A stretch of DNA of 63,112 nt, counting the filler, from Rhabdomonas costata (lineage: Eukaryota), in assembly GCA_019059605.1 (NCBI GenBank). It is 41 parts of 41 records of this genome, joined end to end, with 100 filler letters (N's around TTAATTAATTAA, not from the genome) between each part and the next. Parts side by side here need not be neighbours in the genome. Positions count along the whole stretch, not along the records: positions 49,341 to 50,781 come from JAHMHO010015858.1; positions 50,882 to 52,322 come from JAHMHO010015859.1; positions 52,423 to 53,863 come from JAHMHO010015860.1; positions 53,964 to 55,404 come from JAHMHO010015861.1; positions 55,505 to 56,945 come from JAHMHO010015862.1; positions 57,046 to 58,487 come from JAHMHO010015863.1; positions 58,588 to 60,030 come from JAHMHO010015864.1; positions 60,131 to 61,571 come from JAHMHO010015865.1; 33 more parts are not named here. One strand, written 5' to 3'. The notes beneath the pieces were generated by a model. It ran no database searches. It saw nothing but the letters and a program-made list of their open reading frames with translations, and was not told where the DNA came from. Positions 50,219-63,112 of this stretch are shown here, in pieces. Position numbers and translations under genes: made by a program. Numbering within the stretch: the first letter of the stretch is position 1; each line of letters opens with the position of its first letter.

Positions 50219-50396
50219 CGTTTCTTCCAGCACGTCCAGAGCCTTGGCCAGGTCCGCAATGCTCATCGCAGTGCCGTGGCTGAGCTGCTCCATCACCAGC
50301 CCCTGCACAGTGGTCATCGTCAGCTCCTTCTCCTGCCCGCTGTCAAAGCCCAAGATCAGCGTCAGGGTGCCCAGGGAGTGCACAAGCTTCAGCGTC
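50219..50396 (-). CDS. Cullin-homology domain exon (APC2 or cullin)
   Basis: RTLKLVHSLGTLTLIL..ELTMTTVQGLVMEQL..SIADLAKAL; AG/GT-bounded. Confidence 0.7.
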
Positions 50397-50881
50397 CTGT
50401 CCGCCGCGCCCCATAGTTGCACTCATACAACTGGAGGAAGGCTGAGCCATGGTGTGCCTGTAGATGCAATCCTCTGCCCCTTTGGGGATGCTAGTTTAGT
50501 TTAGCAGGTCACCATCCTTCCAGGCTTCTTTTCAAAACTAACCACCTCAACAATTCTGGTACCCTTATACCGCACGTAACTCCAAAAAATCCCAGCGGAC
50601 ACGTGCAACGAATCCAAAGACATCCATGAAAAACAAGGGTAAACAGCAACTTAACGCCGTTATCTGTAATTCACCGTCATACGCGTAGAACGCCGTCATA
50701 TGTATAACAGTCTCCAGTCTCCCTTCCCCAAACTTCACTGCTAACTTCACTGGGGCCACACCCCCCCAAACACACCCACACNNNNNNNNNNNNNNNNNNN
50801 NNNNNNNNNNNNNNNNNNNNNNNNNTTAATTAATTAANNNNNNNNNNNNNNNNNNNNNNNNNNNNNNNNNNNNNNNNNNNN

Positions 50882-52275
50882 TTGTTGTGGTCGTGGGACA
50901 CGGAGGACACATACGCCGTTGCTGGCTCTGGATCTGGATCTGGCTCTGGGTCCCAGTCGCCACATTGTGGCAGTTCAGAGGGCTCCCGTGGCGACGCCCC
51001 CACGGTGATGGACATGGTCTTATTCGCGGGGTGGCAGCGGTTCCCGGATGAGCAGTGCAACACTGTGGAGGTTCTGCCCGCGGGCACCCGGGCCTGGAGG
51101 GAGATCCCCACGTGGGGGGAGGTGCCCGACCCACGCACGCAGCACTCTGCTTGGTACTGCGTATGTTCGAGGGTGGGTGGATGATTGATTGGATGAGTAG
51201 GTGGGTGAGTCTAATTATTTTTATTTCGGTTGTCCACCTGTTGAAGTTGTGCTTCCCCGAAACACACGGGAACCCCATCTTGCTGCAATCCCGAAAATGG
51301 GTAGGAAGGCAGACCTAAAGACGCAAGGGCCGTTGTGGACAAGGCAGAGAGGGGGGGTTGGCTCTGATTGGGCTGCTCTTTATAGAGGAAGACAGTAAGA
51401 CCTCGGGGTCAGAGGGTCGGGCGGGGTAGGTGAAAGCATTCATTCTCACTGAACACAAAGTGTTTCGATGGTTTTTGTTCGTTTCGTTTCCATCACAACC
51501 ACGTGAGCGGTGGGCATCCGTCAACAGACGACGAGTTCACGTTTTCACGGAACCACAGCCATTTCTCAAACCCCTTCCTCCCTGAATTGTATCTGACCCG
51601 AGGACCGCAGTACTTCTTCGCTGAGTTGGAATCCCTTATCTCGCTAATTTACCACCCGCTGTCTCCAACCCACGGTGTTAGAAGCCCCCAATGGTATTGA
51701 CCTGACCAGGCCTTGCGAAAAACCGTTTTAAGCAAAAATAGAAAACCAGAGCGATTTAAAAGATGTTTGTTTTTTTATCCATCGGCAGCGCTCGGCTGTT
51801 TTTTTCATGCGAAGTGGTCGAAGCTTGATGACTTGATGCTTGACCCACCCCCAGGTTAGTTAGGTAAGTTTGGGTGGAGTATTCTATAGAGGACCAAGCG
51901 TCTCCCCACCAAGCAGCATCTTTTTAGCAGTTGCTTCTAGTGATGCTTTCTTTGATTCTGTTGCCGGATTGCGATGCTTATAAAGTGAATGTATAGTGAA
52001 TGGTGGAAGGTGTCAGGTTTCCTCTGCTCACCCTGTGAGCCGCGCCATTTCCGTGCATCTAATATTTCTCTTGTAGCACTGCTCTTTGCTGTTTTCCACT
52101 TGCGTGCAGCTGCTGGGGCACCAAGGTGTACGTCCTGGGGGGCTGTGTGGCGCGGGGTGAGCGCCGCGGCACGCTGCATGTCCTGGACACAGCGACATGG
52201 CGGTGGAGCACCGTGCGGTGCACCGGGAGAGGCCCGGGATGCCTCTCCTCTCACACTGCAAATTTGGTGCCCGAG
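50882..52275 (+). CDS. Kelch-repeat protein, partial; exons to 51153 and 52110 to about 52275
   Basis: LFAGW..W..GEVPDPRTQHSAC|CWGTKVYVLGG..LHVLDTATWRW..SHTA; phase-2 GT-AG intron. Confidence 0.85.
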
Positions 52276-53234
52276 GTGGCCGTAACGCCCCCCTCAGAAG
52301 GTGCCTGCTATCACCCCCCCCCNNNNNNNNNNNNNNNNNNNNNNNNNNNNNNNNNNNNNNNNNNNNTTAATTAATTAANNNNNNNNNNNNNNNNNNNNNN
52401 NNNNNNNNNNNNNNNNNNNNNNGGGTGGGGGGCCAGGGTCGCGAGACAGAGCCCAAGAAAGTTATGGTGTGGGCCGTGGAACCGGAGCCCAGAGTGTTTG
52501 CTTTTGCAAATTAAATAGAAGGGAGTGCAAATTCTTCTTACTTCCCTTACGGGGCTGCAATTCCTGAAGTAATAACCCTCCTCAACAGTTCCACTTCCCC
52601 AGTGTGAGCCTCCTCTTCTCGGTTGGGTCAACGTGTTCGTTTTTATGGGCGACAATTTGGGGACAGGATAAATGCCATGCCTCTGCTACACCTCAATCGC
52701 AAGTCCTCCACAAGAATGGCCTGAATTGGTCCTTTTTATGGAGAAAGGGAGGGGTCGACATCTGCTGCTGGTAACGTTTATAGACACGACGGCATTTTTT
52801 AGCACTGATCTCAGTTACCAAAGTACGGCACTCAAATATAATAGCATTTCGAGTTAAAGGTTGCCCAAAGGACGGTATTTGAGGCCGATAGCTGGTCACA
52901 ATTTACGGGTCATTACGGGCAGGAAATCAAATTGTCGCGGGCGGCACATTTCCGGGTTCGTCTCTCTGCGGGCGTTGTGTTGGACTCCTTAAGGGAAGAG
53001 GAGGGCGTTCAATCACTTCACCACACGGCGGTCCCGGGGGTCATGCACTGACATTCACGCAAAAGGGGGTAAACAGCCCTCCAACAAATCACACAAGCAC
53101 AGCCCGCCAGCACAGCAGAGACAGAACGAAGGGAACATACACAACAGGGACGCGCGCGGCAAACATGGAGCAAGTGGGGCACAAGCAGAGATGCAGATGA
53201 GCGCGGGAGGGGAGGGGAGCAACGCATTTCCGAG

Positions 53235-53863
53235 TTATCCTTTGAGGTGGTCCAGTTTGGTGAAAACCCCGGATTTGCGGTAGAAGGTGGACTCAATCAC
53301 GGGCTTGTGCCCGCACTCCAGCTGCTGAGAGAACGCAGTAGACAACACGGCAGAAAACGGGAGTGGAGCAGGTGGTGGTGGGACGATTGGAGATCGGAAG
53401 CGCCAAGGGAGGCGTCAACCATGACATCATGAAAGCGTCAACCAGTGAAGCTTGCAAGGTTAACAGCATTTCCAAGTATTCATACATTCCTAACATTTAG
53501 CTGAAACTTTTCAAGAGGTGGTGTGGGCAACTTAGTTCTTAGTTCTAGACTCCCCCTCATTGCACCCTTCATCCTTCACCGGTGCCCCCCACCTCCACCT
53601 CTAACTGAATCCATTGAAACCACTCGAAGGTGCATTGCACCCTTGACGAGAGACCCAAGGGCAGGAGTTTGCATCGAAGACCTTCGCCAGCTAAATACAT
53701 CCATGCAGGCTCTTGATCTAACCAAAACCACACTGGTGTGGGAGGTGCTGTGATTAGGGTGGAGTGGGGAAGTGAGGGGGTAGCGTGCCTCGAAGAGGTT
53801 CTTCGGGCCGCCCTCCAGGGGGTGCCCAATACCCCCCGCCCGCCAGCCGATCTCCCCAAACAA
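53235..53863 (-). CDS. Small protein C-terminus, possibly a ciliary microtubule-inner protein; exons 53863 to about 53789 and 53321-53235
   Basis: GEIGWRAGG..KNLFE|LECGHKPVIESTFYRKSGVFTKLDHLKG*. The donor position is uncertain (GC candidate). Confidence 0.35.
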
Positions 53864-56563
53864 NNNNNNNNNNNNNNNNNNNNNNNNNNNNNNNNNNNNN
53901 NNNNNNNTTAATTAATTAANNNNNNNNNNNNNNNNNNNNNNNNNNNNNNNNNNNNNNNNNNNNGGTTTGTGTTTCCGCTGGCAGAGGCCAGGCAGAGGGG
54001 GAGGGGAAGACATGTTCTATGAAGCTGTAATCCCCGTTGGCTGATTCCAGCAGGGGCGATCTCCGCTTTGCGCAGGGAACGGCGGTTGTGAGGGGCCAAG
54101 AAAATGGACGGTCGGTTGGGTCTGGGCTGGAGAACTCCCCGTTCAAGGCGAAACTTAACTGTGAGTCATTTCTTCGCACGGTACCGAGTCATTTTTAGCT
54201 TTAAGCTGTAATTTGAAATGACATATAACACGCTAAATGAACGCTGAACGTTGATGATACGCCGCTGACCTTCCTGTACGGCATTGCCCCTCTTCCGTTA
54301 AAAGTCTCCTCCTACCTCAATTCTACGCCCTTTCTTCTCCACATCCACGCAATTATATTCTCCTCTCTGATATCCTCGGTTTTCCCCTGTCATCCATCCT
54401 ATGTAAGTCATTGCCGAATGTTTGAATGACACAACAAACGGACGCACACTGGTGCACACTAACTAACTAACTAACCGCTTTCCCACTTGCCCCACGTTTC
54501 TGCGTTTTTTTTTTGTGATCAGCGGACATGGACAACGTTGTTTCATAACACTGTGAAGATGGCGTAACACTTAATGTTTACAACTTGAACCCCCCCCCCC
54601 AAGTCCAAAATATCGCCTCTTCCTCGAAAGGCCGGGGAAAAGCGCTGCTTACAGCACGGGTATATACACACAGTTGACGCGACCTCAAATACAGCAGCGC
54701 AGAACAGAGAAAATAACGCAGCACGTTCCCTCAACAGCAAAGATAAGCCGACCATGGAAATGGCAGGAGCCCATCACTCTCCCACCAAAATCCCTGGAGG
54801 TGGTGCCCTTGATCATGGCCACTTGCTACGAGCCGGCATCATACACACCGCCGGATCCATCTTCGCAAAAATCACCCATGGGGTTACAACCAAGGTGAGG
54901 AAACGAAGAAGCAGAAGCAGACGAGTCATGAGCTACAAGACCATCGCAGTACTCAATCTCTGCACCGCTTCCTCAGCGGATTCCCGATGAATGGGAAACA
55001 GGATGGAGCACAGCAGCGCAGAGGGCAACAACGATGCCCACGTAATACTTTACAAAGGAGGAGCTCACGCCGTCATTCCGGAAGAAGAGCAGTGAGGAGG
55101 ACGAGGACGATGCAACATCAAACCAAAGCGAGCTCGGCAGAATCTCTTTCGCGTTTTGCAGAAAGCAAATTCACAGTCCTAACTAGGCTGTCTTCGAGTT
55201 CTACGGAGAAGATACAAAACCGAAAGTCTCCCGGCAAGACAATGCAAGGAACGCACCCTCATTAGCCTTGCCGGAGAATAACGATCCCCTGCTCTCCCCT
55301 CTCTTCTCCGCGACGAGAAGGGGGAATGCCGGGCAAGCACTGGGCACACTACCTCGAAACACAGCCAAGAACAAAGGAAGGCCGACCAATCCTAAAACGC
55401 CCCGNNNNNNNNNNNNNNNNNNNNNNNNNNNNNNNNNNNNNNNNNNNNTTAATTAATTAANNNNNNNNNNNNNNNNNNNNNNNNNNNNNNNNNNNNNNNN
55501 NNNNTTGTGTTTTTGCACGCCTGCTTCTCTTTATATATCTTCTCGCCCTCACTCTTGGGCGACAGGAGGTGGGGAATTCTGCATTCCAAATGCAAGGGCA
55601 CAATATGCAGACGATATAAGAAGTATGGAGATAGAAGTTCTTCCATCATTTGCTAATCCGCACATTTGGGGTAGGATGGGTGTGGAACGTTTAAGAATGC
55701 GGAAGCCGCATTGAGGCGTTCTATGCTCCGCGGTTGGGTCAATCCCAAGTGCCAATCTAGCAGACATTTCCAGACATTGCCACTTCAGGTGAAGCACTGC
55801 ATCCGATCCCCTCCGGCCTCCCCAAAGTGGTTGGTCGTGATTTCGTGACTACTGACTTTATTGTTCCCCTCCCCCCTCCCTTTATTCTCCTCCCCGTCCT
55901 TGTCTTCCTCCACGTGAGGACGCATTGCATTGACCTTTCTGCATTTATGCAAAGACGTGATGCTTTTGATGGTACAAGGGGGGAAGAAACAGGGCGTGTT
56001 CTCTAACATTGATTCGGACAGTTGGATTGAATGCCGCATTGCTGAGCGATTGAAATATGCGGCTGACGAAATCCAGCATCTGTTTTTGAAGCAGCCCGGT
56101 ACCTCTTGGCGGTGGTTTATAGTCTTTCTTTCCATCTGGCATGCTGCCCAGTTTCGGAATGATTGTTGAATTTTGCCAGACTTTTTTGACATTCGATTGA
56201 CGAAACCCTTCCTTGTATCCCTGAGCGCTGTGTTATCAAGAGGGTGCGCTTCAGGTTGGTAATGCCGTGCTCTGATATCTTTTCACCACTGCGTTGCCCT
56301 CTACATCCAGCACTCAATTTTTTCTACCTTCTGCCGAGGAGCATTTCGTACACACCGGTTTACACTAACACCTCCAAACAGAGACACCACCACACTTACC
56401 ATAGTTACAAAATTCTTGTCCCATCATGCCATTCTGCGCGGTCCCTTGCTGCCACCTCCCTCTGGAGCGGTGCAAGCGGTGGCACTACGCATGCCCTCGC
56501 CATGGTATGCACACGTACACCGGAATGCACTGGAATGGGCGTGCGGTGTGGTGCCGTACCAAG

Positions 56564-56716
56564 TACGCCCGCGCCGCGTACCCCGTCCCGGGATTTGACG
56601 ATGACTACACTTCCTTCGCCCCCGGCGAGCTGAAGAACACCCTGCTGGAGCTAGCCGCCCACGGCCTTTGCCCGCCCCCGCAGCTCCTCGCTGCCGCGCG
56701 TGGCGCAGGAGTGATG
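56564..56716 (+). CDS. Exon of a hypothetical protein
   Basis: GC3-rich, AG/GT-bounded YARAAYPVPGFDDDYTSFAPGELKNTLLELAAHG... Confidence 0.4.
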
Positions 56717-58626
56717 GTACGGAGTGGTGCATACAGATTGGGATGGATTCGTAGTGATCTTATCTGTCAGTGAGAATTCGAGTAATCCAATCCTACGTGC
56801 ACGCGGAAGGTGAATGAATATCCAAGCCGAGGGTCATAGTACTTCTATTTCTTTTTCTTTCATTCTTTTCACCCTTTTTTCTCGCTGTTCAATCCGAAGT
56901 GCTCTCAGTTAATGGAAATCTCAATGGAAATTGAACCCCACAACCNNNNNNNNNNNNNNNNNNNNNNNNNNNNNNNNNNNNNNNNNNNNTTAATTAATTA
57001 ANNNNNNNNNNNNNNNNNNNNNNNNNNNNNNNNNNNNNNNNNNNNTGGAAGGTCGGAGGTTCGATGATTGAGAGTTACGGTGTCACGTTGGAGGAGTCTG
57101 GTGATGTTGGTGAGGAGGATGTGCGTGGGTTTTGCGTTGGAGTCGAAGGGTCTGTGGGTTGAGGGTCTGGGGTTTGCGATGACGGTGAGGGTGACGGTTA
57201 CGGTGGGTGCGTGGATTTCGTGCTGAGGGAGAGGAGAGGAGAGGAGGGTCGTGACGGAGGGTGCGTTGGGTGTCTGCGTTTGGGTCAGCGTTTGGAAGGT
57301 GGTAGCGTTTGGAAGGTGGTGTTTGTAGCGTTTGGAAGTTCGCGTTTCTGTCGGATGGGTGGGTCAGAGGGTTGGGTGGCAGAGGTTGGGGTGGAGTGTG
57401 CGTCTTTGCATTCTGGTGTCGGTGTCGCTTTCGGGTTCGGGTTCGGTGTCGGGTTCGCGGAAGTCCTTCGGGATCTCCATTGGGGCTACTACTATGAAAG
57501 GGAGGGCGATCCACAGTCACAGGCATGTTGACCGACAGGCAAGACCGGGTCCCACCGAGCTGTGAGACGACCGAGGAGATCACAGACGCCGCATTTCACT
57601 CTACTCACACACGATGACAAACAACAACGATGCTCACGAGGTCAGTAACCCTTGGACGCATGAGGTGAAGTTGAACCAAGGCGCTCGATCCACGTTGTAA
57701 CTCAGCGAAGCTGGAACCACCTGTTACGTTGACCCTATGCGTAGGAGTCACAGTGAGATACCCTGCGTAGTTGGGCGTAGGATGAAAGTCCTGGTGATGG
57801 AGGCCAGGCTACAGCGTAAACCAGCCCCTCATGAGGCAAGGTGCGTAGTGACCGGTGGTGTATGCCACTCAACCCATGTAACTGAGCTCGATAATGGTGC
57901 CTGGGGTGAGCTTGCTGGGTAACCATGATGATTGGCAATGCCTGTGAGCCCCAGGGAGTCTGGCGCTGCATCACATCCCGTAGGAGGCTGGGTGCTGGAA
58001 TCATTCCTTCGGGTACAACCATGCGTCAATGCTTCGGTACAACCCTGGATGAAGAACCCACGTGCAGTTGTACTAGCGATGTTGATGTTGTTAACAGCAG
58101 TCCTACCCACTGTTGGATGCACTACCACGGATGTTGGAACCGCACCACAACTGGCAAGGATGCACACGACCTACTCCCTACACCCTCTACCATGGTGGTT
58201 GATGCTACACACCTGGTAGTTTTCTTGGTGCCAGAGGTACGTGAGGATCGATGTTGCTACCCGTAGGACCGCTCCAAGCACCAGATGTCAGCATAGCCCC
58301 TTAGTGAAACTCCGTAACGGAGGCCCCCGAGGCCGACATGCAACATCCAACCTCCTTCCTCCCTCCGGAGGTGAGAGCGTTGAAGGTGAAAGGGTGATGT
58401 TGACATGATAGCTATGCGATGTTGGTGGTTGAGACCTGCTGCTATGTGGTGAAGGAGTGATGCTGACACCCTCACCCCCCACACACANNNNNNNNNNNNN
58501 NNNNNNNNNNNNNNNNNNNNNNNNNNNNNNNTTAATTAATTAANNNNNNNNNNNNNNNNNNNNNNNNNNNNNNNNNNNNNNNNNNNNGGGTGTGGGGGTG
58601 GAGGACGAGCTAGAGGCCCCGCTGAC

Positions 58627-59917
58627 CTGGCAGCGCTCCAGCCGGCACTCCTTCCCAGAAAGCCCCAGGTCGTTGACGGCGGCCTTTGGAAGGGATACGG
58701 ACAGGCTGCTTTCAGTGCGCACTGAACTTCGACCGAATTCATTGTAACTCCAAGGTAACTTTTCCCTCCAGTGTAAATAGTGTTTTGATTTTGAATATAT
58801 TATAATAATAATGTATTATAACAGTAGTTCTTCCTTTTTGTGCTCTCTGTGCTCCACTGCTACAAATTTGTTCGCCCAAGTGTATGGCCCAAGGCGCAGT
58901 GTCAAAAGCGAGAAGTGATAAACACGCGACTACACCCAATTCCATAAGCACATCGGGAAACAGAGTTGGATATAAGATCGACGACCCCACGCCTCCTCAA
59001 TTCCCCATTATTCTGGAAGGCCAGGTTTTCAAATGCCATTCTTTCCCTCACATCTCCAATTCATCCATCAGCGCCATAAACTCTTCCTCCATCTCCAAAC
59101 TCAACCCCCACCCTCACAGGACCTTGTAAGCCTCGTTGACCTCTTTTTCCACGGCGCGGCGCTGCTGAAAGAGGTCCGTCAGCACCGAGTCAAAGTTGGG
59201 CTGCGGGTTTGAAGGAAAGGCATGCGACGTATCATTACAAGCCCCACAGCTTCCAGCAGCAGCCATAATAGGCTGGACACGTAAGGAAATTAGGACTGCC
59301 GTGTGTGGTTGGGTTAAGACGAAGCGTGGGCAAAGGGTCTGCGGCTAGGGCCGAGCGGGAGACCCCAAAAAGTGATCCAACTGCCCACACGGCAACGGGC
59401 CAAGAATGCCCGGACAAGCACCCCCCCCCCAAAGTCCCGGCAATCCCAACTCACTTGGGTGCGACGGTTCACGAGAAAACATGAACCCATCACGTGGATA
59501 GTTCCCCATATGATTAGAAAAAATACACACGAAAGTATCATAAGCCACCTGAGTTTCTATCAAAGAGGGAGGGACTGCTCTTTTTTAGTCGCCCGTGTAA
59601 AAAACATGATAGAGTGCCCATACATTGATTACTGTCTCGTGGTCGGTCACGAGGGCCTTCCCCACAAGCTGGGCCAGGGTGGCACAGTCCCCGGCCAGCT
59701 CTTCCAACGGCTCCAACAGCTCCGTCTGCAACAGACTCTCTGCGCCCTCGCCGGTAGGCTCTGAAGAGGTACCGCTGCTGCCGCCGGTGTCGTGAAGGTC
59801 CCTAAGGCACTGCAAGAGCTCCGGCATGAGCCCGCAAAAGTGCTGCGCGGCAAGGCCACCCTGGAGGACACCCTTGCCGCGCTGCAGCTTCTTGAGAAGG
59901 GTGTCCAGGTCAGGTAT
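58627..59917 (-). CDS. MSH2: DNA mismatch repair protein MSH2, partial; exons 59917-59624, 59200-59123, 58683-58627
   Basis: IPDLDTLLKKLQRGK..LLEPLEEL..VIN|PNFDSVLTDL..EKEVNEAYK|AAVNDLGL follows the MSH2 lever/clamp region; phase-0 GT-AG introns. Confidence 0.85.
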
Positions 59918-62016
59918 CTTTCTGTGTGGGAAACAGTGACCCATGCCATGCAGCCTCGGACACTCGCAAACGTCCTCCCCGTGTGTCATCCACAACGCCA
60001 GAGCACCAAAACCCCAACCACACCCACCACNNNNNNNNNNNNNNNNNNNNNNNNNNNNNNNNNNNNNNNNNNNNTTAATTAATTAANNNNNNNNNNNNNN
60101 NNNNNNNNNNNNNNNNNNNNNNNNNNNNNNGAGAGGGGAAGTGAGGGGGTTCTGAGGGGGAGCGGGCTGAATTGTATCACTTGTCTTGTGAAGTGATTGT
60201 GCAGGAGAAGTGATATGATGGGACAACCACAAATCCACTCCCGACACATACAGTTGCCCAAACAATTACACACACGGTCACTTCACACGCCTACAGGAGG
60301 AAAAAAGTGTATATTCTAGTTAGTGAGAACGCAACTATCAGTTTCCTCTCAGTCGAAGCCCGTGGTTCACGGGACAGGGTGGTCATCGGGGCACCTTGAG
60401 TAAAACACACGCAATATATCACACGGACCAGAGGGAGTGGGGTTCACAACAGCAGTTGGTCGCAGTTGACTCCACCATCAGAAGAGGAGTTCAAGTGGAT
60501 CGCGAAGTGTTTCTGCTCCGGTTGGGAAGGGCACAGAACAACCGCGGCACAGAAGTGGAGAGGTGGCACAGCCAGTGATGGCGAATACCGGAGTTACTTT
60601 CTTGGGAAGGGATGGTCACAATTCTACCCCCCTGAACATCAGTCCTCCGCGATATAAAATGCACCTCGGGGGTTCGCAGCCACGTACAAGCAGGGCTGCA
60701 AGGCATCCAGAGTGGCAAGTGGCAAACGCACGGTTGCAATACAAAGGTACACAAAAAAGCAACCTTTCAACGCACACGTGCACGCAGACTCATACAGACC
60801 TACATCCAGATTCACTTACCCAGCAGGAAAGTGAGCAGTTGAGGAGTGGTGATGCTTTGTCTAGGATGGTGACGCACTGCGCATTGCTGTGCTGTCCTGA
60901 TGTCATTTGCACCTCAATTCCAGCTCTTTCCCTCACACCCCTGCTACCGTTCCATACTTCGGTTTTGAGGTGTTCTTTGGAGTGCTCGTGAGCACTTTTT
61001 TGGCAGGGGAAGGAGAATGGCTGTGTGGTGTGGCCAGGCTTCCTTCCTGCACCGCCAGTGTTTTGCCGTTCTGTTTTGGACCGCCACTCCCCTCTGCCCT
61101 CAAAGTGCTTTTGTGGGTACAAGGGATGTTGTGGCGCAGGGGAGTGAGAGAGCCATGACGCTCTTTGAGGGGGTTTCCGTGTGACAGCACACGTGAAGCT
61201 TGATTCTGGTGAAGGGAGCCTGGGACGGCTCCCTGGGATTTCCCACGTTGAAACAACAGAAAGGACGGGGAGGGGTCTGGTTGCGGTGGTCCCTAAAGAA
61301 AAGAAAAGAAAAAGTTTCAATCGCACCCAAACGCCAGTAACTGATGCTCCAGCCCCCTCTCCCCTTTTCTGTGACGGTATTTGGTGTGAATGTCGCGGAA
61401 ACGCAAAAATACGGTGCGAGTGACCTCTGACGCGTTGGCAGGGGGGGAGATTAAGCGTTACCATCGTCACGAAAACTGAAGGTCTCGAAAACTGTGCTGG
61501 TGCCACCCTCGAAACGATTCTGTAATTTTGCAAGGGAATCGGGTAAACTGTCCCCAGGGACCCATCACCCCNNNNNNNNNNNNNNNNNNNNNNNNNNNNN
61601 NNNNNNNNNNNNNNNTTAATTAATTAANNNNNNNNNNNNNNNNNNNNNNNNNNNNNNNNNNNNNNNNNNNNTTTGTGTGTTGTCCTTCCCGGTCGTCATC
61701 CAAAGTTTCGCCACGGAACGAGACTCCTACTTCCTTCCTTACTTACTTATGTCCCCAACCAGACGCGTACTTCCCCATGTTCCACAGGGGAAGACCTGGT
61801 TGGGGTGGGGCCAGAGTTGCCTTGAGCCTAACGCCTAATCGAGACCAGTGTGTTAGACGCGATATGGAGTTGAGTCGATTTCGGTGCTTGACAGTATCCG
61901 CACCGGTGATTTCCCTTTGCACCTAACTCATCTCATGGGCGTGTGCAGCGTGCAGCATATGCGGGTTAAACCTTGACACTGTCGTATCCGTACCAGTGTT
62001 CACCCTTCAAACCCAA

Positions 62017-62072
62017 CTCTCTCTCTCTCTCTCTGTGTTTGTGTCGCGGGTGTGTGTGTGTGTGTGTGTGTG
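62017..62072. repeat. (CT)n and (GT)n microsatellites
   Basis: Read directly from the sequence. Confidence 0.9.
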
Positions 62073-62439
62073 TCGTGTGGGATCCGTTTCCGCATGGGCT
62101 GTGTGCCCAGGTTGGTTTTTGGCAAAAAAAAAAGCAACAAACCTGGGCGAGGTTGCACTCTCCCTTATCCCCGTTTTTCTTGCCCGCTCAGTTGAACAAA
62201 CCTCATTATGTGGTTGCTTTCAGTCTGTCTTTGCGCAATGGGCAAATGTCAAGCAGATTCGTGTGGGCTAGCAAGACCAAAATGCGGGGGAGTGATGGGG
62301 AAGGTTGTCTTTCGGTGCGGGGCGCGTGGAAGCGAGTAGAATTTAGTTTCGAGGCACTGAGCGAGCAGCGGGTTTGTAGAAGCAACATCGCCCGTACGCG
62401 TGGCCGTTTCGCATCTGTTGTACGCAAAGTTACAAACCA

Positions 62440-63112
62440 GCTCACCAGAGCGTCAGCAGTAGCCACAGCAGTGCCAATATAGCATTCAGTCCAGGGGCCA
62501 CAGCAACATTGTTCGCCACGTAAGAGCCATTGCTCAGCACATTTAGGTTGATCGCCGCAAGCGCAGCCACAAGGGCATCGTACCCTTGTTGTCCAAAGGC
62601 ATCGTTCTGGTAGAACAATGAGATCCGGGTCAGCCCTCGCGTGGCAGTGGCATATCGAATCAGCGCATAAACCTCATCGGAGTACGACGCACGAACATTC
62701 ACCACGTATGTCCCTGGGCCTCGAAGGGAAGTGGTCCCGGTGTACGGCGCAATTAATGGAACCCTGGCTTGCAGTGCCAATGGGGCCACATTGTTGGAAA
62801 TCGATGTGCCGTAATACCCTATCAGCCCATAAACCCCTCGGGAAAGCAATGCCTTGGTGTTGCTCACCGCTGGACCCACCACATAGCCATCGTCAAGGCT
62901 GACTAGTCGAAGCATTCGACCATGGATCCCGCCCTGCTCATTTGCTCCGCAAAGGCGGCCCGGATCCCTGCCTGGATCGGCGGTCCGTTCGGTGCAGACG
63001 GTCCCGACAACACCACCGACTGCCCAAACACCACGGCTTTGGGACCAAGCTGCGATACCGTGGCGTTGCACGACCCAGCCGGAAGAAAGCTCAACGTTGC
63101 TTCCCCAACAAA
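62440..63112 (-). pseudogene. LivK-like periplasmic-binding (receptor extracellular) domain with frameshift(s)
   Basis: VVFGQSVVLSGP..AGIRAAFAE and ANEQGGIHGRMLRLVSLDDGY..VVNVRASYSDE..LFYQNDAFG are in different frames (1-nt shift near 62945). There is a second break near 62480. Confidence 0.75.

Noticed and set aside
58280-58325. GAAAC followed by a hairpin, resembling a second hammerhead
   Set aside because: There is no CUGANGA core and no UH after stem III.
1-63112. Gene neighbourhoods or operon-like systems across the window, such as RAD51B with MSH2, CDC16 with APC2, or RT with the hammerhead
   Set aside because: The contigs are unrelated and appear ordered by size, so adjacency carries no biological meaning.
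1-63112. rRNA, tRNA, spliced-leader RNA genes and CRISPR arrays
   Set aside because: None were recognised on manual reading; a covariance-model scan would be needed to exclude them.

Overview
This window is not one locus. It is a pseudo-scaffold of 41 unrelated contigs of about 1.44 kb, joined by artificial 100-nt spacers (N44-TTAATTAATTAA-N44). Most contigs start with a G/T-only stretch and end with an A/C-only stretch, suggesting amplification with G/T quasi-random primers. The DNA comes from an intron-rich eukaryote; a euglenid or diplomenid-type euglenozoan is my tentative inference from receptor-like LivK/TM genes, the ATP sulfurylase type and loose splice donors. I reconstructed spliced fragments by hand for RAD51B, an SLC25A44-like carrier, cyanase, an ELAPOR/KIAA1324-like protein, ATP sulfurylase, SNW1/SKIP, TYW1, a kinesin, CDC16/APC6, a centrin, a cullin/APC2-like protein, a Kelch protein and MSH2, plus intronless TPR and Ig-like ORFs. 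Notable signals: (1) a complete type I hammerhead ribozyme (37353-37423) inside one of three ORF-less contigs with G/T-rich 5' ends, two of which switch to a C/A-rich 3' arm; (2) two decayed copies of a Penelope-like reverse transcriptase, reading YRDN (one copy) and YRD (the other) instead of YxDD; (3) at least three GC-AG introns among about 20 reconstructed; (4) an intronic MITE-like family and several inverted repeats at contig ends. All family assignments are from motif recognition by eye; no searches were run.
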